Source: Mobula hypostoma
Taxonomy: Eukaryota
Length of the DNA stretch: 64,000 nt
Assembly (NCBI RefSeq): GCF_963921235.1
Contig: NC_086097.1
Coordinates: forward strand, 148,616,001-148,680,000
Direction: 5' to 3'
How positions within the stretch are numbered: the stretch's first letter is position 1; each line of letters starts with the position of its first letter. Under the pieces are notes generated by a model that worked only from the letters and a program-made list of their open reading frames with translations, was not told the origin of the DNA and ran no database searches. A program made the translations under genes and the position numbers. Below are positions 60,876-64,000 of this stretch, piece after piece.

Positions 60876-63230
60876 ATGCGTGCTCCCCAGATTCCATCAG
60901 AACGTGGACTTTGCAATGAGGGGGGAGAATGCGTTGGATCTTGTTTACACAAACACTCCCGACGCGTACCGGGTGGAGTCCTGCCCCCACCTCCGTTACT
61001 CAGACCACAGCTCTGTTATGCTAATCCCAGCATACAGACCGCTCGTCAGGCGCTCCAGACCAGTTCAGAAGCAGGTGAAAACCTGGCCAGCAGGAGGCAT
61101 CTCTGCTCTCCAAGACTGCTTTGACACACTGACTGGCACATGTTCAGGGAGGCTGCAACCGATGGCGACTCTACGAGCTTAGAGGAGAACACGGCATCAG
61201 TGACTAGCTACATCAGCAGGTGCATCGATGACGTCACCGTGGCCAAGACCATCACTACACGCGCTAACTAGAACCCATGGATGACCGCGGAGGTGTGTGC
61301 GCTGCTGAGGAGCCATGACTCCACCTTCAGAGCAGGTGACAAGGCAGCCCTAACAACAGCGAGGGCCAAGCTGTCCCGAGCCATCAGAGAGGCAAAGTGT
61401 GCACATGCCCAGTGAATCCACAGCCACCTCCAGAACAGCGGAGACACACGGCGCATGTGGAAGGGCATTCAGGACATCACCAACTACAGGAAAACAAAAC
61501 CTTACTGTGCAGGTGATGCCTCCCTCCCAGATGCGCTGAACAACTTCTATGCTTGGTTTGAGGCAGATAATGACATGGCGGCAAGGAAGACCTCCCCTCC
61601 TCCAAATGACCAGGTGCCATGTCCTTCCATGGCCGATATGAGGAGAACCCTGTGCAGGGTTAACCCACAGAAGACTGCTGGACCAGACAATATTCCTGGC
61701 AGAGTGCTTAGAGGATGTGCAAACCAGCTAGCAGATATTCTCATTGACATCTTCAACATCTCCCTGAGCAGCGCCGTCATTCCTACGTGCTTCAAGGCGG
61801 CCACCATCGTCCCCGTGCTGAAGAAGTCTTCAGTGTCTTGCCTCAATGATTACCATCCCATTGCACTCACATCCATCGTCATGAAGTGTTTCGAGAGGCT
61901 TGTCATGAGGCACATCAAGACCCTGCTGCCCCCCTCACTGGACCCCCTGCAGTTCGCGTACCGTCCTAACCGTTCAACAGACGCCATTGCCATCACTCTC
62001 CAGCTGGCCCTAACCCGCCTAGACAAAAAAGACGCATACGTTCGAATGCTGTTCATAGACTTCAGTTCAGCATTCAACACAATCATTCCTCAGAAACTGA
62101 TTGGAAAGCTGAGCCTACAGGGTCTGAACACCTTCCTCTGCAACTGGATCCTAGACTTCCTAACTGGGAGACCTCAGTCTGTCTGGATTGGAAGCAGCAT
62201 CTCCAACACCATCACACTGAGCACGGGGGCCCCCCAGGGCTGTGTGCCCAGTCCACTGCTGTTCACTCTGCTGACCCACGACTGTGCTGCAACACACAGC
62301 TCAAAGTACATCATCAAGTTCACCGATGACACGACCGTGGTGGGTCTCATCAGCAAGAACAAAGAGTCAGCATACAGAGAGGAGGTGCAGCAACTAACAG
62401 ATTGGTGCAGAGCCAACAACCTGTCTCTGAATGTAAACAAAACTAAAGAGAAGTTTGTTGACCTCAGGAGGACACAGAGTGACCACTCTCCGCTGAACAT
62501 CGACGACTCCTCCGTAGAGATCGTTAAGAGCACCAAATTTCTTGGTGTTCACTTGGCAGAGAATCTCACCTGGTCCCTCAACACTAGCTCCACAGCAAAG
62601 AAAGCCCAGCAGCGACTCTACTTTCTGCGAAGGCTGAGAAAAGTCCATCTCCCACCCCCCATCCTCACCACATTCTACAGAGGTTGTACTGAGAACATCC
62701 TGAGCAGCTGCATCACGGCCTGGTTCGGAAAATGTACCATCTCGGATCGCAAGACCCTGCAGCGGATAGTGAGGTCAGCTGAGAAGATCATCGGGGTCTC
62801 TCTTCCCGCCATCACAGACATTTACACCACACGCTGCATCCGTAAATCAAACAGCATTATGAAGGACCCCACGCACCCCTCATACAAACTCTTCTCCCTC
62901 CTGCCATCTGGAAAAAGGCACCAAAGCATTTGGGCTGTCACGACCAGACTATGTAACAGTTTCTTCCCCCAAGCCATCAGACTCCTCAATACCCAGAGCC
63001 TGGACTGACACCAACCTACTGCCCTCTACTGTGACTATTGTCTTGTTTATTATTTATTATTATTTATTGTAGTGCCTGCACAGTTTTGTGCATTTTATGC
63101 AGTCCTGGATAGGTCTGTAGTCTAGTGTAGTTTTTGTGTTTTTTCTTACGTAGTTCAATGTAGTTTTTGTATTGTTTCATGCACCATGGTCCAGTTGTGG
63201 TTGAAATGACAATAAAAGTGACCTGACTGG
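60876..63230 (+). mobile_element. Young 5'-truncated Rex1/Babar LINE
   Basis: APE C-terminus ([10 protein letters not shown]...SDH) with stops and frameshifts, long RT ORF, tgacaataaaagtgacctgac tail. Confidence 0.93.
61455..63008 (+). CDS. Open reverse transcriptase portion of the Rex1/Babar ORF (517 aa; upstream part broken, probably non-functional)
   Basis: [60 protein letters not shown]. Confidence 0.85.
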   Translation: MWKGIQDITNYRKTKPYCAGDASLPDALNNFYAWFEADNDMAARKTSPPPNDQVPCPSMADMRRTLCRVNPQKTAGPDNIPGRVLRGCANQLADILIDIFNISLSSAVIPTCFKAATIVPVLKKSSVSCLNDYHPIALTSIVMKCFERLVMRHIKTLLPPSLDPLQFAYRPNRSTDAIAITLQLALTRLDKKDAYVRMLFIDFSSAFNTIIPQKLIGKLSLQGLNTFLCNWILDFLTGRPQSVWIGSSISNTITLSTGAPQGCVPSPLLFTLLTHDCAATHSSKYIIKFTDDTTVVGLISKNKESAYREEVQQLTDWCRANNLSLNVNKTKEKFVDLRRTQSDHSPLNIDDSSVEIVKSTKFLGVHLAENLTWSLNTSSTAKKAQQRLYFLRRLRKVHLPPPILTTFYRGCTENILSSCITAWFGKCTISDRKTLQRIVRSAEKIIGVSLPAITDIYTTRCIRKSNSIMKDPTHPSYKLFSLLPSGKRHQSIWAVTTRLCNSFFPQAIRLLNTQSLD

Positions 63231-64000
63231 GAGATGCAGTGGATGTTGTATATTTGGATTTTCAGAAGGCGTTTAACAAGGTGCCACACATGAGGCTACT
63301 TAACAAGATAAGAGCCCATGGAATTACGGGAAAGTTACATACGTGGATAGAGTGTTGGCTGATTGGCAGGAAACAGAGAGTGGGAATAAAGGGATCCTAT
63401 TCTGGTTGGCTGCCGGTTACCAGTGGTGTTCCACAGGGATCAGTGTTGGGGCCGCTTCTTTTTACATTGTACATCAACGATCTGGATTATGGAATAGATG
63501 GCTTTGTGGCTAAGTTTGCTGACGATACGAAGATAGGTGGAGGGGCCGGTAGTGCTGAGGAAACGGAGAGTCTGCAGAGAGACTTGGATAGATTGGAAGA
63601 ATGGGCAGAGAAGTGGCAAATGAAGTACAATGTTGGAAAGTGTATGGTTATGCACTTTGGCAGAAATAATAAACGGGCAGACTATTATTTAAATGGGGAA
63701 AGAATTCAAAGTTCGGAGATGCAACGGGACTTGGGAGTCCTCGTACAGGATTCTCTTAAAGTTAACCTCCAGGTTGAGTCAGTAGTGAAGAAGGCGAATG
63801 CAATGTTGGCATTCATTTCTAGAGGAATAGAGTATAGGAGCAGGGATGTGATGTTGAGGCTCTATAAGGCGCTGGTGAGACTTCACTTGGAGTACTGTGG
63901 GCAGTTTTGGTCTCCTTATTTAAGAAAGGATGTGCTGACGTTGGAGAGGGTACAGAGTAGATTCACGAGAATGATTCCGGTAATGAGAGGGTTAACATAT
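63231..64000 (+). mobile_element. CR1 RT fragment running off the window end
   Basis: VDVVYLDFQKAFNKVPH, GVPQGSVLGP, KFADDTK, LEYCGQFWSPY. Confidence 0.92.

Noticed and set aside
1..64000. Prokaryotic RT-based system (retron, DGR, defence RT)
   Set aside because: All RTs carry CR1, Rex1/Babar or PLE motifs, are fragmented and have eukaryotic retroposon tails or TSDs; no operon structure

Overview
Eukaryotic, repeat-dominated non-coding DNA. The repeat content (CR1 LINEs with an SGNH-esterase ORF1, Rex1/Babar LINEs, V-SINE and Deu-type SINE relics, abundant Penelope-like elements) suggests a cartilaginous fish such as a ray or shark; this is inference. No host protein-coding gene could be supported, so the window looks intronic or intergenic, and most long ORFs are retroelement pieces or their antisense shadows. 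Main points: (1) a young Penelope-like element (23353-25807) with RT, Cys linker and GIY-YIG, ~680-bp near-identical inverted arms, a 15-bp TSD and two intact minimal type I hammerhead ribozyme motifs; (2) about ten further hammerhead-derived pLTR copies, including TSD-flanked ~200-bp mini-elements; (3) a 427-bp TSD-flanked non-coding insertion (10187-10613) whose 5' end resembles an HDV-like ribozyme; (4) multi-level nested insertions, a solo LTR, mariner/Tc1 palindromic MITEs and an unexplained 39-bp hairpin; (5) a Meis plus Pbx-Hox motif cluster in unique DNA. Boundaries of decayed repeats are approximate and family names come from motif recognition, not a database search.
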